From IMG/VR virus record IMGVR_UViG_2795385649_000011: a stretch of 64,000 nucleotides of DNA; one strand, written 5' to 3'. Both the position numbers and the translations under genes were made by a program. Below, piece after piece: positions 36,189 to 45,602 of the stretch. Within the stretch, counting starts at the first letter, position 1. Each line of letters starts with the position of its first letter. The stretch is from a virus (Duplodnaviria > Heunggongvirae > Uroviricota > Caudoviricetes). The notes below the pieces were generated by a model. It was given only the letters and a program-made list of their open reading frames with translations, had not been told where the DNA came from and made no database searches.

Positions 36189-36685
36189 CCGGTCCGGGTC
36201 TCGCTGTCCCGCAGTCGTTCACGGTCATGTACGACACGTGGGCGGGCGTCGCAGACCGCAACACCGACCTGGATAACGAGCCCGACATCCGCCCCATCAC
36301 GGCCACGGTCCTGTTCCGGTACCGGCTCCCGCAGGGCTGGGCGTTCCGGGCCGCGAACTACGACCCCCGCCCAACGGACTTCGCCCTCGACACGTTTGAG
36401 GGGCGCCTCGATGAAGGCCGCCTCCGCCACCCCAACGGCACTCTCGGGATGAAGCTGTTCGCCAACACCGCGCTCCTCGCGTGGCCGGCAGACCTCTTCA
36501 TCGACATCAGCTTCTCGAACGTGGTGTTCAACCGGGGGGACCGTACCTGGCGGAACTTCGCGATCATCGCGCCCGTGACCGCCGGTACCGAGGTGAATCT
36601 GACCACGGTGCAGCGCTACCCGTTCCTCACCCAGACCCAGTACGAGCAGTGGTTCCAGAACAACCCGGCGCCGAACCCGGTCTGA
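36185..36685 (+). CDS. Hypothetical protein
   Basis: 166 aa ORF. Confidence 0.4.
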   Translation: MTGPGLAVPQSFTVMYDTWAGVADRNTDLDNEPDIRPITATVLFRYRLPQGWAFRAANYDPRPTDFALDTFEGRLDEGRLRHPNGTLGMKLFANTALLAWPADLFIDISFSNVVFNRGDRTWRNFAIIAPVTAGTEVNLTTVQRYPFLTQTQYEQWFQNNPAPNPV

Positions 36686-36756
36686 CCCTCACTCGCCGAC
36701 TCTGGCTCCCCAGCGACGAAACCCAGCCCACACCCAGCAGCACAGGAGAACCCAGC

Positions 36757-37095
36757 ATGAGTCACGCCACCCCAAGCAGCCGTGCAGACATCGACCAACG
36801 CTTCAACTACCACCTTTCCGGCGAGGACCGGGTGGTCACGCTCGACTACGTCCGGGGGCAATGCGCCCACATCGCCCACTGCCTTGATGAGGTGCTGCCG
36901 CCCGGTCGAGAGAAGTCCCTCGCGTTGACGAAGCTGGAGGAGGCCCTGATGTGGTCCAACGCCTCCATCGCGAAGACCGCCCCCCAGCCGGTTGGCACAG
37001 TCAGATCCGGGGTCATCGGCTTCATCCCTGCCACCGAGGCTGAACTGATTGATGATTCGGGCTCGATCAACACTGCAGCAGGGCCATCCGCATGA
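36757..37095 (+). CDS. Hypothetical protein
   Basis: ATG 36757 in frame with track ORF 36481..37095. Confidence 0.4.
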   Translation: MSHATPSSRADIDQRFNYHLSGEDRVVTLDYVRGQCAHIAHCLDEVLPPGREKSLALTKLEEALMWSNASIAKTAPQPVGTVRSGVIGFIPATEAELIDDSGSINTAAGPSA

Positions 37096-37478
37096 CCGCC
37101 CCAACCGGCGTCATAACCATCGACGCACCCGATCCCAAGGCTGCGCGATACGCCGTACTCGAGTTGGTCGCTGCCGAGCTCCGTCACCAGCGCCGGGTGA
37201 TCTACCTTGCCCAGCGCCACGAGGAAGCGCTATCCGCGATGCGGTCCCTCATCGAGGATGGACACCTCGCCCAGCCTGAAATCGAGTCCACCCGTACCAG
37301 CGTCGGCGATATGCGCGTGCACCACGTGTGGGGAGGCACCGCCCACTTCATGTCGGCGCGTACCGGCGGCTACTACCGGGGCAACGCGGACGCGTTCGTG
37401 GTGGCCGGCAGTGAGGACATCCCCGTCGAGGTGCTGCCGCGCGTCATAGGGCGTGTGTACGTGGCGGCGTCAGCGTGA
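37092..37478 (+). CDS. Hypothetical protein
   Basis: 128 aa ORF. Confidence 0.4.
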   Translation: MTAPTGVITIDAPDPKAARYAVLELVAAELRHQRRVIYLAQRHEEALSAMRSLIEDGHLAQPEIESTRTSVGDMRVHHVWGGTAHFMSARTGGYYRGNADAFVVAGSEDIPVEVLPRVIGRVYVAASA

Positions 37479-37900
37479 GCGCCGCGCGACAGCTGCGGAC
37501 CTTGTTCCCGCAGCCACCCGACACCGACGCGGATGTGCTGCGGTGGCTGGCGCGGGAATCGTTCGAGCGGACCGCCGCCGCCGAAGGCCTCCAAATAGTC
37601 GAGTACCGGGCGAGCACCGTTCCGCCGGAGGCCATTCCCCGGGCAGCTGAGGACCATTTGGACCTGCCGATCGAGGCGTACACGTGGCATGAGTTCGTCG
37701 CGTACGCGGAACGCCCCGAAGCCGCGGACTCGGATCCAGTGTGCGGATACTGCCCCCACCCGCCGCACAAGGCGAACGGCTGCACCGAGGCCGCCACACC
37801 GTGGCTCGCGGCACCGGTGGATGGTGAACCGGCCCCGCAGTGCCCGTGCGCCGTGGACAGCGACCCGGCACCCACCGAGCAGCCCTCGGTGAACGCATGA
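37475..37900 (+). CDS. Hypothetical protein with C-terminal Cys motif
   Basis: 141 aa; CGYCPHPPHKANGC. Confidence 0.4.
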   Translation: MSAARQLRTLFPQPPDTDADVLRWLARESFERTAAAEGLQIVEYRASTVPPEAIPRAAEDHLDLPIEAYTWHEFVAYAERPEAADSDPVCGYCPHPPHKANGCTEAATPWLAAPVDGEPAPQCPCAVDSDPAPTEQPSVNA

Positions 37901-38229
37901 CCACGATCCCGGCACCGGCACGCCCGCTCAAACCGGAATACGAAGAGGAACACCTCCCGGACCAGGCCCACGACTGGGACACCAGCGCCTACATCGACAT
38001 CAGCGGCGTCCACGGCGGCTACAAGTGCCGGACGTGCGGCGATGTCCGCTGCATGCGCTGCCACGAGACGGACCCGCTGGACTGCCTCCGGGTCGCGGCG
38101 CGGGAACGGAACAACGAACGCCGCCGGACGTACCTCGCCGCCTTCACGAAGTGGCAAGCGCAGATGGAGTACTACCGGGAGCACGTCCAGCCGAACCTCC
38201 CTGGCACCCCGCGTGGCTGGGGAAGCTGA
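37897..38229 (+). CDS. Hypothetical zinc-finger protein
   Basis: YKCRTCGDVRCMRCHETDPLDC. Confidence 0.4.
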   Translation: MTTIPAPARPLKPEYEEEHLPDQAHDWDTSAYIDISGVHGGYKCRTCGDVRCMRCHETDPLDCLRVAARERNNERRRTYLAAFTKWQAQMEYYREHVQPNLPGTPRGWGS

Positions 38230-38471
38230 TGACGCACCTGGCACCCCACCAGGGACTCGTGGGTGTAGTTATCGGCGGTGTCGTCCATGTCGAGAAACAT
38301 TCAGGGGTCTATGGGTTCGGCGGACTTACACCTGACTTAGAACCACTCGACCGCCCGGACCCGCTCACCCGCGCCCACACGCTCATCGCAGATACCCATT
38401 GGACGGTGCGCTACCTCACCGCGCCACGGTGGAAGCGACCGTTCCTGCGCCTGCTCCGGTGGTTGCGCTGA
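38229..38471 (+). CDS. Hypothetical protein
   Basis: ATG 38229 in frame with track ORF 38025..38471. Confidence 0.35.
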   Translation: MTHLAPHQGLVGVVIGGVVHVEKHSGVYGFGGLTPDLEPLDRPDPLTRAHTLIADTHWTVRYLTAPRWKRPFLRLLRWLR

Positions 38472-38695
38472 TGGCAGACAACGTCATCCAACTCGGCGAG
38501 CACCGCACCCCACCGACCACCAACCACCAGTGCGTCAAATGCGGTAGCGAATGGTTCCGCCTGGACGGCACCCTGGCCGGACCGGGCGCACCCGCCCACG
38601 GCGCCGTGGTGCTGGCAGCCGACGATCGCATGCGCATCACCGGTTACTGCGGTACACCCCGCTGCCTGGAGTGCGGCCACCTGGTGGCGGTCTAG
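38471..38695 (+). CDS. Small zinc-ribbon protein
   Basis: CVKCGSEWF...CGTPRCLECGH. Confidence 0.4.
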   Translation: MADNVIQLGEHRTPPTTNHQCVKCGSEWFRLDGTLAGPGAPAHGAVVLAADDRMRITGYCGTPRCLECGHLVAV

Positions 38696-39423
38696 TGCTG
38701 TTCGTGGTGGTTGGTCCGCCGGCAGCAGGCAAGTCCACATGGGTGCGGGACAACTCGCGGCCCGGTGACATCACCATCGACTACGACGCCCTCGCCTGCA
38801 CCCTCACCCCACAAGACGACAGCCCCCACCGCCACGACCACCCCGACCACGTGAAGGCAGTCACCAAGGCGGCCCGACAGGCAGCCATCGACACCGCCCT
38901 CACCCTCGTCGGTGAGCACGACGTGTTCCTGATCCACTCCACCCCGAGCACCGCGATGCTCACGAAGTACCGCTCGTACGGCGCTGAGGTCATCACCATC
39001 GACCCCGGCCAAGACACCGTCATGGAACGCGCACGCGCCGAACGGCCATGGCAGCTACAGGGCGCCATCAAACGCTGGTACGAGGAACACCCCACCACCG
39101 GCAGCACCCCCGCCCAGCATGTGCCCGGCCTCGACGCACAAGGACGCCCACGCGGCCGCCACTACCAAGAACTCAAGGCCACCTTCCGTAAGGAGTGCGA
39201 GGAGCGCGGCGACGTGTGCTGGCTGGACCAGCGCCCCATCGACTACAGCCTCAAAGCACCCCACCCGGACAGTTTCTCCGTGGACCACGCCATCCCGGTA
39301 TCCGAGGCCCCCGAGCTCGCGCTGGACCCCAGGAACTTCCGACCCAGCCACCTGAACTGCAACATCCGCCGAGGCGACGCCGAACCCAACATCGCCATCG
39401 GCCAACCGTCCGAAACCTGGTAA
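38695..39423 (+). CDS. P-loop NTPase / kinase-like domain fused to a C-terminal HNH endonuclease
   Basis: Walker A VVVGPPAAGKST at the N-terminus; C-terminal SVDHAIPVSE...HLNCNIRRGD HNH motif. Confidence 0.5.
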   Translation: MLFVVVGPPAAGKSTWVRDNSRPGDITIDYDALACTLTPQDDSPHRHDHPDHVKAVTKAARQAAIDTALTLVGEHDVFLIHSTPSTAMLTKYRSYGAEVITIDPGQDTVMERARAERPWQLQGAIKRWYEEHPTTGSTPAQHVPGLDAQGRPRGRHYQELKATFRKECEERGDVCWLDQRPIDYSLKAPHPDSFSVDHAIPVSEAPELALDPRNFRPSHLNCNIRRGDAEPNIAIGQPSETW

Positions 39424-39828
39424 CCCGCCAGCTAACAACGCCCCACACCCAGCTAACACCCGGACACCGTTGGCTAACACCCCTCCCAACCTCGGGGAAC
39501 GAGGCGAGTTAGCCAACCGCGCCAACACCGCTGCGGGCCCACCCCACCACCATCGCTGTACGAGCACACACCCGAACGACCCCGACCCAGAGACGAACCC
39601 CTCGTCACCAGGCCCCAACGGACCACACGGCCACCGCAGATACCCGGGGGCGGGGTGAAAAGTTGCCCGCCGAACCCAAGGTCCCTCGGACCGGCAAGGG
39701 TTCCGCCCCCCCTCGAAAAATGTTGCCAAGAAGTTAGCCAGCAGCTACCAGCTAGGAGCGCGCCCGCATGACTGACCCCACAGTTAACACCGCAGGTACC
39801 GCAGTTAATTCGGCTGCGCGGCTTACCC
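39424..39828. repeat. Non-coding region with at least 7 copies of an (A/G)GCTAACA motif in both orientations (candidate parS-like or terminase/cos recognition sites)
   Basis: AGCTAACA at 39430 and 39451, GGCTAACA at 39472, inverted GTTAGCCA at 39508 and 39733, AGCTACCA at 39743, AGTTAACA at 39782. Confidence 0.5.
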
Positions 39829-40464
39829 GTGTCCCAGCTAAAAACCTTCAAGGGCAACCCGCGTAGAGGTTCGGTCCCGGATATCGCGGCCTCGCTTACC
39901 GCCAATGGCCAGTACCGGCCCATCGTGGTGAACCGTGGGACGCACACCGGGCGCCCCAACGAGGTGTTGGCCGGTAACCACACCTTGCTCGCGGCGCGGG
40001 AACTCGGCTGGGCAGATATCGACTGCTGGCTGGTGGACGTGGATGAGCAGCAGGCCAAGGCGATTGTCGTTGCTGACAACAAGATCCCAGCCTTGGGTGG
40101 GTACGACAACGAGGCGTTGCTGGAAATCCTGGAGTCCCTGGACACCCTGGATGGCACCGGTTACGTGCAAGACGATCTCGATGACCTGGCGGCGGCCCTG
40201 GAGGAGCTGGAACCGGTGCCGGAGGACGAGTTGGCCGGAAACCAGGGCACCGCAACGTCCCTGGAGGACTTGAAGACCAACTATGACCAGTCCGACCAGC
40301 GGATGGTCGTGATGACGTTCGTCGGCGACGAGTACCTGTGGGTGGTCGAGACGTTGCAGCGGGTGGCGGACGCTCACGCACTGGAGAGCAACGCATCCGT
40401 GTTGGTGCACCTGCTCAAGCAGGAAGAGACCGCGCTGGACGCAGCGCCAGCGGTCGCGGAGTGA
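39829..40464 (+). CDS. ParB-like N-terminal domain protein
   Basis: GQYRPIVVNRGT...VLAGNHTLLAARELG ParB/Srx motif; acidic C-terminus. Confidence 0.6.
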   Translation: MSQLKTFKGNPRRGSVPDIAASLTANGQYRPIVVNRGTHTGRPNEVLAGNHTLLAARELGWADIDCWLVDVDEQQAKAIVVADNKIPALGGYDNEALLEILESLDTLDGTGYVQDDLDDLAAALEELEPVPEDELAGNQGTATSLEDLKTNYDQSDQRMVVMTFVGDEYLWVVETLQRVADAHALESNASVLVHLLKQEETALDAAPAVAE

Positions 40465-41297
40465 CACCGGTGGAGCGGCTGAGTTTACGGCGGGTGGTGA
40501 GCCCGGAGGAGGCGACAACCCTCGTCGGTACGCGGGTCGGGGAGCACGAGCCGACCCACAGCGAGCCATTCATCGCTACAGACGCCGATACCGGTGAGAC
40601 CGTGATGGCGGTGCTGCCGGTGGAGGCGCCGGATCTGCGGCGGGCCTGCCTGTCATTGAAGTACACGGATCTGCGGCGTGCGTCGGGCGCGAAGAACCTG
40701 TCGGCCAACTTCGGGTACCAGCCCCGGCGGCCAAGCTACAGCCGCGACGCGTGCCGGGCGTCCGGTGTCGCCAAGGAGTTCCCGGCAGCCGAGGCAGCGC
40801 TGGATGCGTGGGCCGGGGCGCTGGCGAGGATGCTCCGCCAAATTGACGCGAAAATCGAGGCCCGCGACCGGGAAACCATGCTCCAGGTCGGATCTACCTG
40901 GAAGCTGGGCGATTCCGAGCTCTGGACTTCGGGTGTCATCAACCGGAGCTCGACGCTGCCCTACCACCGCGACGGGTTCAACTTCCCAACCTGGAGCGCG
41001 ATGCCAGTGTTCCGGCGCGGCATGAACGGTGGGCACCTGCACATCCCCGAGTACGGGGTGGTGCTGCCGTGCCGAGACAGCACCGCGGTCTTCTTCCCGG
41101 GTCATCAGCTGGTGCATGGGGTCACCCCGATGCAGCTCCGTAAGCCGGACGGATACCGGCTGAGCGTCGTCTATTACGCCCTCAAGGGCATGAAATCGTG
41201 CTTGGAGGGTGCATTGGAGACTGAATACGCCCAAAAGGCGCGCACCGCTCGGGAGCAGAATCAGGCGCGGCTCATCGCTGAGCGGAGGCAGCCCTAG
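40461..41297 (+). CDS. 2OG-Fe(II) dioxygenase, candidate TET/JBP-family nucleic-acid base hydroxylase
   Basis: GTG overlapping the upstream TGA; HxD (LPYHRDGF), distal His (LVHGVTP) about 55 aa later, then Arg (LRKPDGYR), which is the DSBH 2OG-oxygenase spacing. Confidence 0.45.
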   Translation: MTPVERLSLRRVVSPEEATTLVGTRVGEHEPTHSEPFIATDADTGETVMAVLPVEAPDLRRACLSLKYTDLRRASGAKNLSANFGYQPRRPSYSRDACRASGVAKEFPAAEAALDAWAGALARMLRQIDAKIEARDRETMLQVGSTWKLGDSELWTSGVINRSSTLPYHRDGFNFPTWSAMPVFRRGMNGGHLHIPEYGVVLPCRDSTAVFFPGHQLVHGVTPMQLRKPDGYRLSVVYYALKGMKSCLEGALETEYAQKARTAREQNQARLIAERRQP

Positions 41298-42154
41298 TGA
41301 GGCGCGCCCCGGCCCGCGAGTACCAGATCGTGATCCCCTCCTACCAGCGCGCCGAAGGGCTGGAGCGGAAGACGCTCGCCTGGCTGAACGCGACCGGAGT
41401 GGACCCGGCCCGGATCACGGTGTTCCTCCACGACAACGATCCGCAGCTGGAGGCCTACCAGGAGGTGGCCGGCAGGACGGGTGTCCGCCTCAACGCCACC
41501 CCGATGCGCGGTATCACGGCACAGCGGACCTACATACCCACCCAGTTCGCGCCTGGTACCCCGATTGTGTGCCTGGACGACGACGTGACGGGCCTGGTGG
41601 AGGCAGTGGACTCGAAAACCCTTCGCCCCGTGGCTGATGTGGATTCACTGTTCCGGCGGATGTTCACCGAGACCGCTGGGCGGGACCTGTACGTGTGGGG
41701 TCTGTCGCCGGTCGTCAATGCCTTCTACATGTCGCCGGGCCGCGTCAGCGAAGGCCTCCGATTTCTGATCTTCACCGTGATCGGGTTCTTCAACCGGCCC
41801 GGCCATCCCGTCCACGAGTTCACCGTCCCGTACAAGGACGAGCACGAAACGAGCCTGCGCGCATGGTGGTACGACGGTGGCACAGTCCGGCACGACGGAA
41901 TTGCCGCCCAAGCGAACTACTACACGGACCCTGGCGGCTGCCAGGCGCCCGGTGAGTTCCAAAGAACCCCCGCCAAGGTCGCTTTCAGCGTCGAGGAGCT
42001 GGAGAAGCAGTGGCCGGGCCTGGTGCGCAGGAACACCCGCAAGAAGGACACCGGCTACATCGAGATCACCCTCGCCCCGAAGAAGCGGCACGCCGGGCAC
42101 CCCCCGACCACGCCGCCACCCGGCGTCCGCTCCGCGAAGGCCGGGGGCCGGTGA
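41297..42154 (+). CDS. GT-A-fold glycosyltransferase-like protein (candidate TET/JBP-associated base glycosyltransferase)
   Basis: N-terminal YQIVIPSYQRAEGL Rossmann-like start and DxD-like CLDDDV; translationally coupled to the dioxygenase. Confidence 0.4.
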   Translation: MRRAPAREYQIVIPSYQRAEGLERKTLAWLNATGVDPARITVFLHDNDPQLEAYQEVAGRTGVRLNATPMRGITAQRTYIPTQFAPGTPIVCLDDDVTGLVEAVDSKTLRPVADVDSLFRRMFTETAGRDLYVWGLSPVVNAFYMSPGRVSEGLRFLIFTVIGFFNRPGHPVHEFTVPYKDEHETSLRAWWYDGGTVRHDGIAAQANYYTDPGGCQAPGEFQRTPAKVAFSVEELEKQWPGLVRRNTRKKDTGYIEITLAPKKRHAGHPPTTPPPGVRSAKAGGR

Positions 42155-42585
42155 CGGACCGGATCACCCGGGCCAAGCGCGACGCGCAAGTGCTCCAGCT
42201 GTTCATCGCTGGTGTCCCGTACCGGCAGATCGGTGAGCGGCACAACATCACTCACACCGCCGTCGAGAAGATCGTTCAGCGGGAGATGGCCAAGGCGGCG
42301 AAACGCCGTGATTACTTAGCGGATCAGGCGTTGGCGATGCACGTGGAGCGCTCGGAGGCGCTGTTTCGGGCCCATTTCGGCAACGCGCTGAACGGCGACG
42401 TGAAAGCAGCCGAGTTCTGCCGGAGGCTCCTCGCACAGCAGACCCGGCTCTACGGGCTGGACGCCGCGACGCCAGGGATGAACGAGCCGCCGAACCTGCC
42501 CGACCCGGACGACGAGGGCGACGACGGCGACGAAGCCCCGGTGAGCGACCTTGACGACTGGCGTCGTAAGCGCACCAACGCTTAA
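42151..42585 (+). CDS. Terminase small subunit (HTH, sigma-70 region-4-like)
   Basis: LQLFIAGVPYRQIGERHNITHTAVEKIV HTH; acidic tail; directly upstream of TerL. Confidence 0.6.
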   Translation: MTDRITRAKRDAQVLQLFIAGVPYRQIGERHNITHTAVEKIVQREMAKAAKRRDYLADQALAMHVERSEALFRAHFGNALNGDVKAAEFCRRLLAQQTRLYGLDAATPGMNEPPNLPDPDDEGDDGDEAPVSDLDDWRRKRTNA

Positions 42586-44149
42586 GGGGTACACCAAACC
42601 CCGCCTGTACACGCCGCCCCTCACCGCGCACTGCGACCCCAGCCGCCCGGATGCCTGCGAGTGCGGCTGTGGTCTGAACCCGGATACCTCCTGGGGATTC
42701 GAGTGCATCGGTTTTCTGGAGAATTTCCTCGGCTGGACGCTCCTGCCGTACCAAAAGTGGCTGTATATCCACGCTTTGGAGAAAGGCGCGGACGGTACAG
42801 GGTTCCGGCTCCGCACAGTCGTCATCCTCATCGCGCGGCAGAACGGGAAGACCCAGTGGCTTAAGGGGCTTGGCCTCTGGCGGCTGTACCTGGACAGCAA
42901 GGGCATATCGACTGCCGGGTGCCCGGCCGCCAAGACGGTGGTCATCGCGGCACAAGGGCTGGAGTACGCGGAGGGCACGCTCTCCGCCGTCGTGGATGAC
43001 GTGAAGGAATCCTCGAAGCTCCGGCTGGAGTTTGTCCGGCACCGTACCGCCAACGGCAAGCACGCGATGTTCCTAACCGGGAAACGGTCCTGGCGGGCTG
43101 TCGCCCAGAACCGAAAAGCGGGACGCTCCTTCTCAATTGACCTCGCAATGCTCGATGAGCTTCGTGAGCACACCAATTGGGAGACCTGGGACGCGGTTGT
43201 CCCCACCACCACCGCCCGTAAGTACAGCCAAGCCGTTACCGCCAGTAACGCCGGGGACAAGAAATCCATCGTGCTGCGGTCGGTCCGGGACGGCTGCTTG
43301 CAGGCGATAATCGCCGGTAAGACCGAGGAGACCCAGCTCGGGTTGTTCGAGTGGTCCGCGCCGGATGAATCTGACCCGTACGACCGTTCCGTCTGGCCGA
43401 TGGCGAACCCGGCGATGGGCTGGCTTGACGGGCACGACGAAGCGTCCGTCGCGGGGAAGCTCGAAGCGAAACGCGCTGACATCGCCGGGTTTAAGACTGA
43501 ACACCTATGCCAGTGGGTTGATTCGCTAGCCCCCGGCATCATCCCCGCCGAAGACTGGCAAGCCACCTTGGATGAGCTGTCGCGGCGAGCTGAGGGGGCG
43601 CCTGTGTGGGCTGCCGTTGATGTGAATTGGCAACGATCACGCGGCTACGTCGCAATCGCCGCCCGCCGAGCCGACGACCTACTCCACGTGGAAGTTGTTG
43701 CAGCGGAGCGCGGTACCGACTGGATCATTCCGTGGTTCAAGGCACGCCCCGGAAAGTTCCAGACCGTCGCCGTGCAGGCGCGCGGCGCTCCGGCCTCAGG
43801 GTTCATCGAGGACATGGTCGAGGCCGGTATCCCGGTCCTGGAATGGGGCGGCGGCGACCTCACCAAGGGCTGCGGCGACTTCTACGACCAGGTAGTACAG
43901 CGAATTGTCCGCCACCGCTCGCAACCCGCCCTAGATACAGCTGCCGTCGCGACAGTCGCCAAAAAGCTCGGTGACGCATGGGTTTTCGACCGGCAAGGCA
44001 GTCCCATCGACGCAAGCCCCCTCGTCGCCTGCGCGGCGGCTGCATGGGCTGAATCAGTCCGGCTCGCCGGACCCGAAAAGGTGCCTGACGTGCACGAATG
44101 GCCTTCCGAGGAGGAAATCATGGAGTGGCAGAAAGAAGACCTCTACTGA
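42551..44149 (+). CDS. Terminase large subunit
   Basis: 532 aa; ATPase P-loop-like ILIARQNGKTQ followed by a nuclease domain; start codon uncertain (TTG in track). Confidence 0.75.
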   Translation: MTTGVVSAPTLKGYTKPRLYTPPLTAHCDPSRPDACECGCGLNPDTSWGFECIGFLENFLGWTLLPYQKWLYIHALEKGADGTGFRLRTVVILIARQNGKTQWLKGLGLWRLYLDSKGISTAGCPAAKTVVIAAQGLEYAEGTLSAVVDDVKESSKLRLEFVRHRTANGKHAMFLTGKRSWRAVAQNRKAGRSFSIDLAMLDELREHTNWETWDAVVPTTTARKYSQAVTASNAGDKKSIVLRSVRDGCLQAIIAGKTEETQLGLFEWSAPDESDPYDRSVWPMANPAMGWLDGHDEASVAGKLEAKRADIAGFKTEHLCQWVDSLAPGIIPAEDWQATLDELSRRAEGAPVWAAVDVNWQRSRGYVAIAARRADDLLHVEVVAAERGTDWIIPWFKARPGKFQTVAVQARGAPASGFIEDMVEAGIPVLEWGGGDLTKGCGDFYDQVVQRIVRHRSQPALDTAAVATVAKKLGDAWVFDRQGSPIDASPLVACAAAAWAESVRLAGPEKVPDVHEWPSEEEIMEWQKEDLY

Positions 44150-44319
44150 TGCGCCCCCTCATTTCGGCCGGGTTCGAGCTGGCCGGGGTCGCGGTGCTAG
44201 TCGCCGGGGGCTGGGTGTTGGCGCCGTGGATCGGTCTCGTAATGGGCGGTCTCGCACTGATTCTCATCGGGCTTGCTATCGACCCGCCCAACCGCGCACC
44301 GAAGGCCGATGGCCAGTGA
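44149..44319 (+). CDS. Small membrane protein
   Basis: ATG 44149 overlapping the TerL stop; two TM helices. Confidence 0.4.
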   Translation: MRPLISAGFELAGVAVLVAGGWVLAPWIGLVMGGLALILIGLAIDPPNRAPKADGQ

Positions 44320-45602
44320 GCTTCCTGTCGCGCGCGTTCAGTGCACCTGAGGCGCGAGTCCTCAGCGGCTCATCCTTCGTTCCGACACCCGCCGAAGACG
44401 ACGCGATGTACCCGTGGGGGAGCAACAGCTACAGCGTCACCCCGCGCGGAGCCCGCGAAACGCAGGTCGCGGCGTTCACCGCCTGCGTCACGCTACTCGC
44501 CGACACCATCGCCTCACTCAGCCTCACCGCATACCAGCTGCAAGGCGGCATCCCAGTACCCGTCGATCCGCAGCCAAAGCTCATCACCAACCCCTATCCA
44601 GAAACCACCCTGTTCGACTGGATCTGGATGACGATGGAAGCACTCGCGGTCACCGGTAACGGATTTGGTTACATCACGGCACGCAACCCGGACGACACCC
44701 CCAAAGCGATCATGCCCGTCCACCCCGACTTTATGACGGTGAACGTCGCCGCCAAGAACGGCTGGATGGAACCGACCTACCTGGTAGATGGGACGAAAGT
44801 TCCCGCCGCCGATGTGGTTCACATCAAGCGGTACCCGGTAGCGGGCGCCGCGCTCGGGTTGTCTCCGGTACAGCGGGCCGCTGCCGCAGTCGGAATCGCC
44901 TTGGCCGCTGAGCGATACGGCCTCAACTACTTCAAGGACTCCGCGAACCCGTCCTCAGTGCTGGAAACCGACCAGACGTTGGATACGGACCAGACCAAGG
45001 GCGTGATGCAGCGCTGGATTGCCTCCCACTCGGGGCGTCGCCGCCCTGCCATCCTGACCGGCGGGTTGAAGTGGAAGCCAATCGCTATCAGCCCCAACGA
45101 ATCCCAGTTCCTTGAAACCCGCCGCTACCAGCGCGGCGAGATCGCGATGCTATTCCGCATCCCGCCTCACATGATTGGCGACACCGAGAAATCCACCAGC
45201 TGGGGCACCGGCATTGAGCAACAGACCCTCGGCTTCGTGAAGTTCACGCTGCGTGCCTGGCTGACCTGCATCGAGCAGTCCCTTTCGCTGCTCCTCCCGA
45301 AGGGGCAGTACGTCAAGTTCACCCTGGACGACCTGCTGCGCGGCGACATGAAGTCCCGGTTCGAGGCGTACAAGATCGGCCGCGAGATTGGCATCTACAG
45401 CGTGGACGAGATGCGCGCCAAGGAAGACATGGGACCGGTGGAGAACGGCAACATCCGGCTCCAGCCCATGAACTACGCGCCCCTCGGGTATGTCCCGCCA
45501 GCGGACAGCGCCCCTGCCGGCCAACCCGAACAGACCCCCGAAGAAGACCCTGCCGCCGAACCCGACGAGGTCGAAGGCGACCCAGGACAGGAGGACCAAT
45601 GA
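44316..45602 (+). CDS. Portal protein (HK97-family type)
   Basis: GTG 44316 in frame with track ORF 43971..45602; 428 aa; lies between TerL and the prohead protease; acidic C-terminus. Confidence 0.7.
   Translation: MSFLSRAFSAPEARVLSGSSFVPTPAEDDAMYPWGSNSYSVTPRGARETQVAAFTACVTLLADTIASLSLTAYQLQGGIPVPVDPQPKLITNPYPETTLFDWIWMTMEALAVTGNGFGYITARNPDDTPKAIMPVHPDFMTVNVAAKNGWMEPTYLVDGTKVPAADVVHIKRYPVAGAALGLSPVQRAAAAVGIALAAERYGLNYFKDSANPSSVLETDQTLDTDQTKGVMQRWIASHSGRRRPAILTGGLKWKPIAISPNESQFLETRRYQRGEIAMLFRIPPHMIGDTEKSTSWGTGIEQQTLGFVKFTLRAWLTCIEQSLSLLLPKGQYVKFTLDDLLRGDMKSRFEAYKIGREIGIYSVDEMRAKEDMGPVENGNIRLQPMNYAPLGYVPPADSAPAGQPEQTPEEDPAAEPDEVEGDPGQEDQ

Noticed and set aside
42248-43566. Minus-strand ORFs of 271 and 416 aa across the terminase region
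   Set aside because: Antisense to TerS and TerL, which have clear motifs.
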